Source: a virus. Taken from it: DNA of 16,289 bases. The notes beneath the pieces were generated by a model. It had not been told where the DNA came from. It saw only the letters and a list, made by a program, of their open reading frames with translations, and ran no database searches. The translations under genes were made by a program, and so were the position numbers. Positions 1 to 6,417 of the stretch are shown one piece after another. The first letter of the stretch is position 1. Every line of letters starts with the position of its first letter. The stretch lies in IMG/VR virus record IMGVR_UViG_3300028920_000020. One strand, given 5' to 3'.

Positions 1-127
1 GACTAACTGGCGGTATCGGCCCACTTAACTCTTTTACCGTCGGTCAGATGATTAAGGAAGTTTATGCCGGCAGGTTAAAGTCCCCTCTCACTTCTTTTGT
101 TAGAGCTTGGTCGCCAAAACAAACCGA
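1..127. repeat. Left copy of the 127-bp terminal direct repeat, identical to 16163..16289; circular-contig overlap
   Basis: Base-for-base comparison by eye: GACTAACTGGCGGTATCGGCCCACTTAACTC...GGTCGCCAAAACAAACCGA occurs at both ends. An ORF reads in frame through the junction. Confidence 0.95.
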
Positions 128-1394
128 TCAATATTTCAACGATAATCAAAAGTATTTAATCAGAATGGCGTCAGAGGGAGTCACCCCCAGAGTTCAGGAC
201 TACCAGACGATGTATGAGAACGTCGTCAACTCCCCCACCCTTAAAGAAAAGTTTGGTGAGTTTTGGGAAAACGCCTTCAACAAAGCCACGTTTAAGCGAT
301 TCATGCCCATGCTAGAACTTAACTTGTTTAAAGATGAGTTTGACAGTGCTGTTAGATCAGGCATGTCGGAAAAAGAAGCCTCTAAACTAGCAGGAGAGAC
401 AACCAAAGCATGGTTCGGGATGGTTGACAAACTATCAAGACCCAAGGTCACCGATGATGTGATTTCTACTTTCTTCTTTGCTCCAACTTTTCGCCAAGCT
501 ATGGGGCAATTCTGGATAAACAACGTTAAGGGAGTACTTAAGATTACTGATCCAAAGTACAAATACAACCGACGTCATTTGGTTGGTCTAGCGATAGCAT
601 ACGGACTTATGAACCAGCTAAATAAAAAACTTACTGGCCATTCAATGAAAGACAACAAAAGTGGTAAAAAACTTTCTCTTGAGATCCCAAAGGGAGACAA
701 CACCAGCATTTATATTCCACTCGGCCCGTCAGTCATGACTCTACCCAGAACGGCTTTTGAGATGGGAAGCGCTATGGCGAAGGGAGATTTAAAAACCGCC
801 GGTCAACAAGGTGGCAGATTCTTTTCAACTGGTATCAATTTAGGAGCGGATGTAGCCAGTGGTAAGACATGGTACGGAGGCAATATTTACGAAGACGACG
901 ACACTGCTGGCCAGAAATGGGGCAAAGTGGCCGGTTATACGGCAGAGCAAATGCTTCCCGGTTATTTCAGCAACATGATATCAGTCATGCAAGGCAGAAA
1001 GACGTTGGCAGAAGGCTTTTTAGGAGCCATGGAGTTACCTGTTTATCCCAGCAGGTCAAGTGTCTATATCAGAAAGGACTATAAGGATGACTTTGCCAAA
1101 TTAGTAGAAGCCGGAGAAGACAAAAACAAGGTTCGGAACTTCATCGCATACGAGCAGGAGTTGGACGACTTAAGTTCGGTTAAGTTTAAGAAAATGGCTC
1201 ACCAGCTTATAGCTGAAGGAGAACCCACCGACAAGGTTCTGGAATATGTCCAGTGGCTATCAGATATGGATAAACTAGATAAAAAACTTAAAAAGATATC
1301 AGAGGATGACGACTTAACCCATGCGGAAAAGGTAAAGAAAGCCAAACCAATAATTACCAAACTTAAGAAGTTAGAACAACAAAGAGGCAACTAG
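1..1394 (+). CDS. C-terminal ~464 codons of a ~1,164-aa wrap-around protein of unknown function (continuation of 14062..16289)
   Basis: The ORF-track entry 48..1394 begins at an internal Met (MIKEVYAGRL...). The same peptide is read in frame at 16210 within the open frame from 14062. Frame at the left end: first full codon at position 3, stop TAG at 1392-1394. The C-terminus is K/E/D-rich and looks like coiled coil. Confidence 0.85.
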   Translation, partial: LTGGIGPLNSFTVGQMIKEVYAGRLKSPLTSFVRAWSPKQTDQYFNDNQKYLIRMASEGVTPRVQDYQTMYENVVNSPTLKEKFGEFWENAFNKATFKRFMPMLELNLFKDEFDSAVRSGMSEKEASKLAGETTKAWFGMVDKLSRPKVTDDVISTFFFAPTFRQAMGQFWINNVKGVLKITDPKYKYNRRHLVGLAIAYGLMNQLNKKLTGHSMKDNKSGKKLSLEIPKGDNTSIYIPLGPSVMTLPRTAFEMGSAMAKGDLKTAGQQGGRFFSTGINLGADVASGKTWYGGNIYEDDDTAGQKWGKVAGYTAEQMLPGYFSNMISVMQGRKTLAEGFLGAMELPVYPSRSSVYIRKDYKDDFAKLVEAGEDKNKVRNFIAYEQELDDLSSVKFKKMAHQLIAEGEPTDKVLEYVQWLSDMDKLDKKLKKISEDDDLTHAEKVKKAKPIITKLKKLEQQRGN

Positions 1395-1433
1395 ACCTAC
1401 CAAACCACCACCGCTTCTTTCTAAACTAGAGTA

Positions 1434-1841
1434 ATGTTGTTTACACCGGCTCAAGAAGTCTTTATCAAAAAACTTACTCCCCGCCAGTTGGTTCTTACCT
1501 CATTTTACTTTTCCGGTCAGCCAAAGTATTCCAGTATTGTCCGTGTTTGGGGTAGAGAGAAAAAGGGATTAGACACCGAAGTTAAGAAGATGAAAAAAGA
1601 GCGATTGATTGAAGACTCCAGAGATGAGAAGGGCAAACCAACATTAAAGCTAAGATACCCAAAAGGTTTTGAGGGCATGGACGAACTGATTATTCAATTC
1701 CCCGACTTGGACAGTGACGAATGGGATATTATGGCCGACACCATGGCAGAGACTAAGAAGTTAGTGAAGTTAGCTTTAGAGATGGGCTTTGACAAACAAA
1801 CACTTGAGAAAATGTATAAGGGCTTGAATGTTGAGATTTAA
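1434..1841 (+). CDS. Hypothetical protein, 135 aa
   Basis: Closed ORF, co-oriented and follows the large ORF after 39 nt. No motif recognised; weak SD. Confidence 0.55.
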   Translation: MLFTPAQEVFIKKLTPRQLVLTSFYFSGQPKYSSIVRVWGREKKGLDTEVKKMKKERLIEDSRDEKGKPTLKLRYPKGFEGMDELIIQFPDLDSDEWDIMADTMAETKKLVKLALEMGFDKQTLEKMYKGLNVEI

Positions 1842-1865
1842 GTCGCACAATCTACATTTGGCGAC

Positions 1866-1898
1866 GGTGTTTAGGGTGTTTAGGCACCAGCTATAATT
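1866..1898 (+). promoter_or_regulatory. Tandem 9-bp repeat (GGTGTTTAG x2, 1866-1883) next to a perfect TATAAT (1893-1898); candidate operator and -10
   Basis: Read directly from the sequence. Only a poor -35 (TTTAGG at 1870-1875, 17-nt spacer), so promoter status is tentative. Confidence 0.3.
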
Positions 1899-1958
1899 AT
1901 GGGTAGGTAGTCTCGCATGCGGGATTTATGGCTTATAAGATAATATCGACGTCTTCTC

Positions 1959-1987
1959 TTGACGTGGCGGACATTTTACGCTACAAT
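1959..1987 (+). promoter_or_regulatory. Sigma70-like promoter TTGACG-17 nt-TACAAT, placing the transcription start on or next to the ATG at 1994
   Basis: -35 TTGACG at 1959-1964, exact 17-nt spacer, -10 TACAAT at 1982-1987, then 6 nt (GAGACT) before ATG 1994. Confidence 0.55.
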
Positions 1988-1993
1988 GAGACT

Positions 1994-2455
1994 ATGGCAT
2001 ACCTAAGAAAGATAAAAAGAAAGACCTCGTTTTTTGGAATGGAAAAGCCCCAGACAAGGGCTAAGGTTTACAGATCAAAAAAAAACCGAGTGTATATGCC
2101 CCATGCTTTGACGTGGATATTGAAAGCGGAGACACCGGAGGATTTGAAAGAAGTTCAGAAACACGGGATGATTGACTCCAAAATATGGAGAGCGGAATAT
2201 CAATATTGGGTAATAGAGGAAAGTTACCGTGAAGGCAAAAAGGTCAAATCACGAGTTCTGTTTAATTTTGGTCACCGTTTTGACAAAAAACCAAGCAAGT
2301 TGGCTATCCGTCGTCTCATCAAAGAAATTGAAAAAGACTGGTATCGTTGGATGGAAATTGCCCAGCAAGAAACCACCACAGAACATAAGCGATGGGAAGA
2401 AAAGGCCCGGAAGGACTTACTCAGATTAGAGTACGCATTCTCCCGTCTCTCTTGA
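1994..2455 (+). CDS. Basic hypothetical protein, 153 aa from ATG 1994 (ORF track start 1928 is the alternative); possible DNA-binding protein
   Basis: The ORF track gives 1928..2455, but a near-consensus promoter lies inside its first 60 nt. The internal start gives MAYLRKIKRK.... The K/R-rich N-terminus and a WRAEYQYWV...GKKVKSRVLFNFG segment faintly recall integrase arm-type beta-sheet DNA binders. No catalytic domain is present. Confidence 0.5.
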   Translation: MAYLRKIKRKTSFFGMEKPQTRAKVYRSKKNRVYMPHALTWILKAETPEDLKEVQKHGMIDSKIWRAEYQYWVIEESYREGKKVKSRVLFNFGHRFDKKPSKLAIRRLIKEIEKDWYRWMEIAQQETTTEHKRWEEKARKDLLRLEYAFSRLS

Positions 2456-2480
2456 CACTCCCCTCTTTTTATCAGATACT
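2452..2480 (+). promoter_or_regulatory. Candidate parA promoter TTGACA-17 nt-GATACT
   Basis: -35 TTGACA at 2452-2457 overlaps the upstream TGA stop. Exact 17-nt spacer, then -10-like GATACT at 2475-2480. Confidence 0.45.
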
Positions 2481-2500
2481 GATTTATTAGCAGTTTACAG

Positions 2501-2523
2501 GGACACTCCCAAAGGGACTCCCC
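2501..2523. promoter_or_regulatory. Operator or centromere-like repeats GGACACTCCC / GGGACTCCCC in the parA leader, with a third GACACTCCC at 2454-2462
   Basis: GACACTCCC at 2454-2462 and 2502-2510; GGACTCCCC at 2515-2523. All lie between the upstream stop and the parA ATG. Confidence 0.35.
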
Positions 2524-2531
2524 AAAAACTT

Positions 2532-3287
2532 ATGAAAATAGCTGTAGCAAGTCAAAAAGGCGGGGTCGGTAAAACCACAACATCACTCTCTCTAGCTTCT
2601 TATTTAGCCCGTCAAGGTAAAAAAGTCCTACTTGTTGATACTGATAGCCAAGCCAACGCCTCCAAAGTCCTTATACCTGAATATCTGAAACTGAAAAGAG
2701 ACGAAACCATTTGTGCCACTATCCTTGATCGGAAGCCCCTTGTAGTTTATGAGACAGAAACCCCAAACTTAGATCTAGTCCCCTCTCACATCCTTCTATC
2801 AAATGCCGACACCGAGCTTACCATCGCTAAGGATCACCGGGAATCAAGGCTAAAAACAGAGCTGGATAAAATAGCTGATAGATACGACTTTATCTTTTTA
2901 GACTGTCCCCCATCGCTTGGCTGGCTTACAATCAACGCATTTACAGCAGTAGACAAAATTTTGGTTGTTGTTAGTCCGGGTTACTTCGAGCTTGATAGTG
3001 TCGTCCAGCTTAGCAAAACCCTTGCAGAGTGCCGGGAATACTACAACCCCACCCTTGACCTTTTAGGAATGTTGTTTGTGATGGCCGATCCAACAGTCAA
3101 CAGCAGAGAGAGTTTAAAGATACTTAGACAAACTTACTCCGGCTCGGTATTCAATACCATCATCCCAAGAAACACCGACCTAAGAGACGCCCACTTTCAG
3201 AAACAAGACATTTTTGCTTATAACCCAAATTCAAAAGGTGCTTTAAGTTATAAGAGATTAGTGGAGGAAATATGGCCAAAAAAGTAA
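2532..3287 (+). CDS. parA: ParA/Soj-family partition ATPase, 251 aa
   Basis: N-terminal deviant Walker A (MKIAVASQKGGVGKTTTSLSLA), VLLVDTDSQANAS, FIFLDCPPSLG (Walker B region), and typical ParA length. Confidence 0.9.
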   Translation: MKIAVASQKGGVGKTTTSLSLASYLARQGKKVLLVDTDSQANASKVLIPEYLKLKRDETICATILDRKPLVVYETETPNLDLVPSHILLSNADTELTIAKDHRESRLKTELDKIADRYDFIFLDCPPSLGWLTINAFTAVDKILVVVSPGYFELDSVVQLSKTLAECREYYNPTLDLLGMLFVMADPTVNSRESLKILRQTYSGSVFNTIIPRNTDLRDAHFQKQDIFAYNPNSKGALSYKRLVEEIWPKK

Positions 3288-3700
3288 TCCCCGACACGAT
3301 GGTTAATGAGTTAAGCGGTGGAAGTAGCCTTTTCACCCGCTCCCCTACCCCTAAACCTATGCCTACGGCTTCATCTAAGCCCCCCAAACGCACGATAAAG
3401 AGGAAAGTGGCAAGTAATACCCCAATCAAGAAAGAAAGCGAGCAATCAATCAATCATGATAGCGTGATAGCACTGATTCGGTCAGCAGTTAAAGAAACCG
3501 GCAAAGAAACCTCCTATCATCGACTAACAACAGAAGAAAAATCAAAGTTGGAGGACGTTATCTACACTTATAAGAAGCAGGGGTATCGGTTATCAGAGAA
3601 TGAAGTCGCCAGAATTGCCATAAATTGGTTGATGGAGGATTACAAACAGAACGGCAAAAATAGCATTTTAGATTTAGTTATTGAAAGCTTGAAAGCATGA
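3272..3700 (+). CDS. Small ParA-partner or putative centromere-binding protein, 142 aa
   Basis: Overlaps the parA 3' end by 16 nt, with GGAGGA SD 5-6 nt upstream. It has a disordered K/P/S-rich N-terminal third and a helical C-terminal domain. The call rests on position; no ParB HTH or ParB-N motif was seen. Confidence 0.4.
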   Translation: MAKKVIPDTMVNELSGGSSLFTRSPTPKPMPTASSKPPKRTIKRKVASNTPIKKESEQSINHDSVIALIRSAVKETGKETSYHRLTTEEKSKLEDVIYTYKKQGYRLSENEVARIAINWLMEDYKQNGKNSILDLVIESLKA

Positions 3701-3715
3701 TAGCAAGCAATCACG

Positions 3716-4048
3716 ATGGATAATATTAAAGACATAGTAACCAATCGTAAACCACAAGCGGTGCTGGTGCTTGAAAGAGGCTGGAAAAATAGGGGATATG
3801 TATCAATCAGCAACAAGATTCTCTATAACACCAAACTTGAGCCGGTTGCTAAGCTTCTTTACTGGTATTTACTAACCCGGTGTTTTCAAAAAAAAGATTG
3901 CTTCCCCTCATTGGACATAATTCACAAAGATTTAGGGATAACACCAAAGACAATCATCAAATACAAAAAAAGCCTTATAGAAGCGAAGCTAATCAAAGTT
4001 ACAAGAAGGGGATGGGGGAAGACAGATGTGTATACCCTCAAATTTTAG
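3716..4048 (+). CDS. Winged-helix DNA-binding protein, 110 aa
   Basis: The pattern ...AKLLYWYLLTR...CFPSLDIIHKDLGITPKTIIKYKKSLIEAKLIKVTRRG... is typical of phage/plasmid wHTH proteins (FPS-x3-I-x6-G-x2-x-T). Confidence 0.6.
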   Translation: MDNIKDIVTNRKPQAVLVLERGWKNRGYVSISNKILYNTKLEPVAKLLYWYLLTRCFQKKDCFPSLDIIHKDLGITPKTIIKYKKSLIEAKLIKVTRRGWGKTDVYTLKF

Positions 4049-4053
4049 CTTGC

Positions 4054-4097
4054 TGAATTGTACTTTTTACACTTCATGAATTGTAAAATTTTCACAC
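4054..4097. repeat. Two direct repeats TGAATTGTA(C/A)(T/A)TTTT(T)CACAC in the AT-rich spacer upstream of the wHTH-HNH gene
   Basis: TGAATTGTACTTTTTACAC at 4054-4072 and TGAATTGTAAAATTTTCACAC at 4077-4097. Confidence 0.5.
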
Positions 4098-4148
4098 TAA
4101 TAAATAAGAAGCTAATAATTAAGAATCTAAAAGAAGATATAAATATAT

Positions 4149-4649
4149 ATGGATAAAAACATCTATCAAAACAAAAACTGGATCGTTAGTCGGAGCTGGC
4201 TATTAAAGCAACTGGCACCACTTAAAGGCCCGAAACTATCGATTCTTATTTCCTATCATTTGTTTAGGGCTTCGGGGATATGGCCAACAGTAAGAGATTT
4301 GGCGGATTCTACTGGTTTGGGCAAAGCTGGGGTATCAAAATATTATCGGGAAATGGTTAAGGCTGGCTATTTAGAGCAACCAATTTGTGCTGTTTGCGAC
4401 AAAAGAACGACTATCAGCTTATTACACCGGCACCACGTAAAACCAAGAAGGGACGGGGGAGACGAATCAGAAACTAACTTTTTGAATGTTTGTAAATCGT
4501 GCCACAACAAAATCGAGCCGAGAAAAAGAATAGACAAGGTTTTGAAGGCTAAAAATATACTTGGGCTTTTTGAGAAAGAGGCTGGAATAAAAATGCCGGC
4601 GAGGATAACCAGACCACTGGCAAAGTTTTTGGCCAATAGACTTTACTAG
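4149..4649 (+). CDS. wHTH-HNH endonuclease fusion, 166 aa
   Basis: N-terminal wHTH-like segment (WPTVRDLADSTGLGKAGVSKYYREMVKAGYL). C-terminal HNH core CAVC...HRHHVKPRRDGGDESETNFLNVCKSCHNKIE (Cys pairs, His-His, Asn, His). Confidence 0.8.
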   Translation: MDKNIYQNKNWIVSRSWLLKQLAPLKGPKLSILISYHLFRASGIWPTVRDLADSTGLGKAGVSKYYREMVKAGYLEQPICAVCDKRTTISLLHRHHVKPRRDGGDESETNFLNVCKSCHNKIEPRKRIDKVLKAKNILGLFEKEAGIKMPARITRPLAKFLANRLY

Positions 4650-4692
4650 CTCGCCCCAGTCGCATGATTCTATCTGAAAGGTAATCTTTGCC

Positions 4693-4863
4693 ATGGAGGC
4701 CGCTAGAGGGTTGAGTAAGTTACTTGCGTACGCCGTACGCAACTCTCTACCGAACGCTCCCAAATCGGGGGAAACGAAGGATGAAGGGATTAGAAATTTG
4801 GCTCGTGAGATTGGTAAATCAGAAGCCTATATCCGTAACCACCTCGACCTCCTCACCGACTAA
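4693..4863 (+). CDS. 56-aa ORF resembling the ParB/Spo0J helix-turn-helix region alone (mini-ParB or ParB remnant)
   Basis: Below the ORF-track size cutoff. Translation: MEAARGLSKLLAYAVRNSLPNAPKSGETKDEGIRNLAREIGKSEAYIRNHLDLLTD. The segment LAREIGKSEAYIRNHLDLL matches the canonical ParB HTH pattern (LA-x2-G-K-S-x3-(I/V)-x-N-x-L-R-L-L). There is no ParB N-terminal domain. An in-frame TGA at 4675-4677 closes the frame upstream. Confidence 0.45.
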   Translation: MEAARGLSKLLAYAVRNSLPNAPKSGETKDEGIRNLAREIGKSEAYIRNHLDLLTD

Positions 4864-4940
4864 AAATCTTTCCTTCTGATAACCACCCAAACACCGATCA
4901 GGACAAGACCGGCGATGATCATAATTCTTGATATCGGCAT
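4860..4940 (-). CDS. 26-aa single-pass membrane peptide (MPISRIMIIAGLVLIGVWVVIRRKDF), start-stop coupled to the upstream Zn-ribbon gene
   Basis: The minus-strand ATG (4940-4938) overlaps the TAA stop (4942-4940) of ORF 4940..5182 as TAATG. It has a hydrophobic core flanked by R and RRK, with stop TAG at 4862-4860. Confidence 0.4.
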   Translation of the reverse strand: MPISRIMIIAGLVLIGVWVVIRRKDF

Positions 4941-5182
4941 TATTTAATTCTCTTAATGGCCTTTTCTAGTGTTGCCAGTTTCTTTTTTAGTTCCGCTTTT
5001 CTTAATTCTTTACGTCGTTGTCTTTGATAAGCATTGATTTTCTCTCGGCTCTTTTTTCGGTACTCTTTTTTCCCCTCTAAGTATTTTTTTCGGTTGGTCT
5101 TTTTCCAATGTTCGTGTTGACACCGGTCAGAGCAAAATTTAGGCCTTTTTGTCTTTTTTTTACAAACTATACATCTATTCAT
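4940..5182 (-). CDS. FCS/TRASH-like zinc-ribbon protein with a highly basic helical tail, 80 aa
   Basis: CIVC-x10-FCSDRC matches the C-x2-C...FCS-x2-C zinc-ribbon signature. The remainder is K/R/E-rich (KKYLEGKKEYRKKSREKINAYQRQRRKELRK...). Confidence 0.6.
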   Translation of the reverse strand: MNRCIVCKKKTKRPKFCSDRCQHEHWKKTNRKKYLEGKKEYRKKSREKINAYQRQRRKELRKAELKKKLATLEKAIKRIK

Positions 5183-5193
5183 TTTTCTTATAA

Positions 5194-5299
5194 AACCAGT
5201 CCCCTATCGGGGGTGTCTGTCCCCAAAATTGATATTATAGGCACAAATAACCAGTCCCCTATTGAATAGGGGAGGGGATTGAATAACCGAGCAATAACC
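5194..5299. promoter_or_regulatory. Divergent control region with direct repeats, a 19-bp perfect palindrome and AATAACC repeats
   Basis: AACCAGTCCCCTAT at 5194-5207 and 5249-5262 (55 bp apart). CCCCTATCGGGG at 5201-5212. Perfect palindrome TCCCCTATT-G-AATAGGGGA at 5255-5273. AATAACC at 5246, 5282 and 5293. Minus-strand TATAAT at 5239-5234. Confidence 0.55.
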
Positions 5300-5339
5300 G
5301 CCATTGGCTAATTTTAACACCTATGGCGTAATATTAAGA

Positions 5340-5501
5340 ATGGATGTAAAAAGGGCAAGGAAGTTATTGAAAGGGGAGGGGAGAAGAATGACAGACGAAG
5401 AGGTGAGAGCTACCATAAAAATCGCCACGCTTTTGTCAGATACCGTAATTGACAGTTGCTTGAAACAGACAACCACCAAAAACCCGCCCTCTCACAATTA
5501 G
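5340..5501 (+). CDS. Small hypothetical protein (53 aa from ATG 5340; 37 aa if ATG 5388 is used)
   Basis: The ORF-track start at 5304 is a TTG. ATG 5388 is preceded by GGGGAGGGGAG (SD about 8 nt upstream), so the shorter form may be the real one. No motif recognised. Confidence 0.4.
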   Translation: MDVKRARKLLKGEGRRMTDEEVRATIKIATLLSDTVIDSCLKQTTTKNPPSHN

Positions 5502-5575
5502 GAAAATTGTTCGTCGGCGAGTATTTTGGATGGTATCTAGTGGTAAACCATCTTTTGCCATTGTTAGACTAAGTT

Positions 5576-5890
5576 ATGAAGCACAACGCCCGGCAACTTA
5601 ATTGGATTTTAGGGGAAATTGAGCAAACAGGTTATATCCAATTTGACGACATAAGGGACTACTACAACGATGGCAAATTGAGTGCCAAACACTTAGCCGC
5701 CGCCAAAAAGAGCGTCAACTTTTTGATTAAAGCTGGATGGATAAAGAAAAGAAAAGGCCGGTTAGTTTTTACCAAGCTGGGGAGGGTATCGTGGGGTTTT
5801 GCCGGTAACGCTAGGTTTATAAAAACAATGATAGAGAAGGAATTTAAGTTTTTGGTAGCCGGGTGGGACGTGGGGAAGAGGAAGGACTAA
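5576..5890 (+). CDS. Hypothetical protein, 104 aa, possible winged helix
   Basis: Closed ORF. The segment SVNFLIKAGWIKKRKGRLVFTKLG resembles a recognition helix plus wing. Confidence 0.5.
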   Translation: MKHNARQLNWILGEIEQTGYIQFDDIRDYYNDGKLSAKHLAAAKKSVNFLIKAGWIKKRKGRLVFTKLGRVSWGFAGNARFIKTMIEKEFKFLVAGWDVGKRKD

Positions 5891-5998
5891 AACGACCACT
5901 GGTTGATCACATTCTTTCCTTTTCCGGCCTTCTGATTGGCTTTTAGGAGGATCTTTTTTAGACGATTAAGTTTCAGGCTTGTTTCTTCTGTTTTTTTC

Positions 5999-6412
5999 TT
6001 ATTTTTCCTTTTTTTCATATTTTGGTGAACGAGTAACGGGCCGGGGACAAATCAAGTGATTGCCATAGGAATAAACCATAATGGCGTACTTGGAAGACCT
6101 GCCACTACCCAATTTTATGGGAAGTGAGTGATAGTTTGCCATAAAGACTTTTTCTCCCTTTTTTAGATCACGGTATATCTTGATCAAGGGGATGTTAGTT
6201 TTTGTCGCAAATTCTTTTGGGGTATAGATGACGGTAATCAGCTTTTTGGCGACAGTTTCACCCATGGCTAGATAAAAATTTTTCCCGGCTTTTGTTATTC
6301 CGTTTTCTTCCAACAGACCTTTTTTGTCCCATTGCCAGATTGTTTGGGGGGTGACGTTTTTAGCTTTTGCGATTTGCTTGACGTTACACAGCCCAATGCT
6401 AATTGTTTGCAT
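5999..6412 (-). CDS. DNA-binding regulator with two tandem excisionase/MerR-type HTH motifs, 137 aa; candidate repressor
   Basis: Two HTH motifs: VKQIAKAKNVTPQTIWQWDKKGLL and TPKEFATKTNIPLIKIYRDLKKGEK. The gene is transcribed divergently from the replication operon. Confidence 0.65.
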   Translation of the reverse strand: MQTISIGLCNVKQIAKAKNVTPQTIWQWDKKGLLEENGITKAGKNFYLAMGETVAKKLITVIYTPKEFATKTNIPLIKIYRDLKKGEKVFMANYHSLPIKLGSGRSSKYAIMVYSYGNHLICPRPVTRSPKYEKKEK

Positions 6413-6417
6413 ATCTT

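Noticed and set aside
1-127. The terminal 127-bp repeat could be a genuine phage direct terminal repeat.
   Set aside because: It cannot be fully excluded. However, the repeat falls in the middle of a long ORF that reads seamlessly across the junction, and an exact 127-nt overlap is typical of an assembler artefact from a circular or circularly permuted molecule. Read-terminus analysis is needed to settle it.
200-568. Minus-strand and alternate-frame ORFs inside the large wrap-around gene: 200..568(-), 869..1084(+), 1199..1390(-), 14685..15044(-), 15101..15283(+) and 15303..15581(-).
   Set aside because: They are fully embedded in a much longer, SD-preceded ORF on the dominant coding strand. 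Their translations are low-complexity or hydrophobic shadow-frame sequences with no start context.
1928-2455. The 175-aa form of this ORF, and the idea that it is an integrase.
   Set aside because: A near-consensus promoter lies within codons 11-20 of the long form, so ATG 1994 is favoured. Only an arm-domain-like N-terminal resemblance exists. The protein is far too short and lacks any R-K-H-R-H-Y catalytic region.
3160-4763. Minus-strand ORFs 3160..3453, 4367..4636 and 4467..4763.
   Set aside because: They are antisense to the parA/partner junction and to the HNH gene, both of which have clear motifs, and they show no regulatory context. 4467..4763 also overlaps the ParB-HTH-like + strand ORF, which has a recognisable motif.
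5529-5556. A hairpin GATGGT-12 nt-ACCATC followed by TTTT, as an intrinsic terminator after 5501. Similar weak hairpins occur at 1843-1866 and 9178-9196.
   Set aside because: The stems are only 5-6 bp with large loops and short U-tracts. That is too weak to call from sequence alone.
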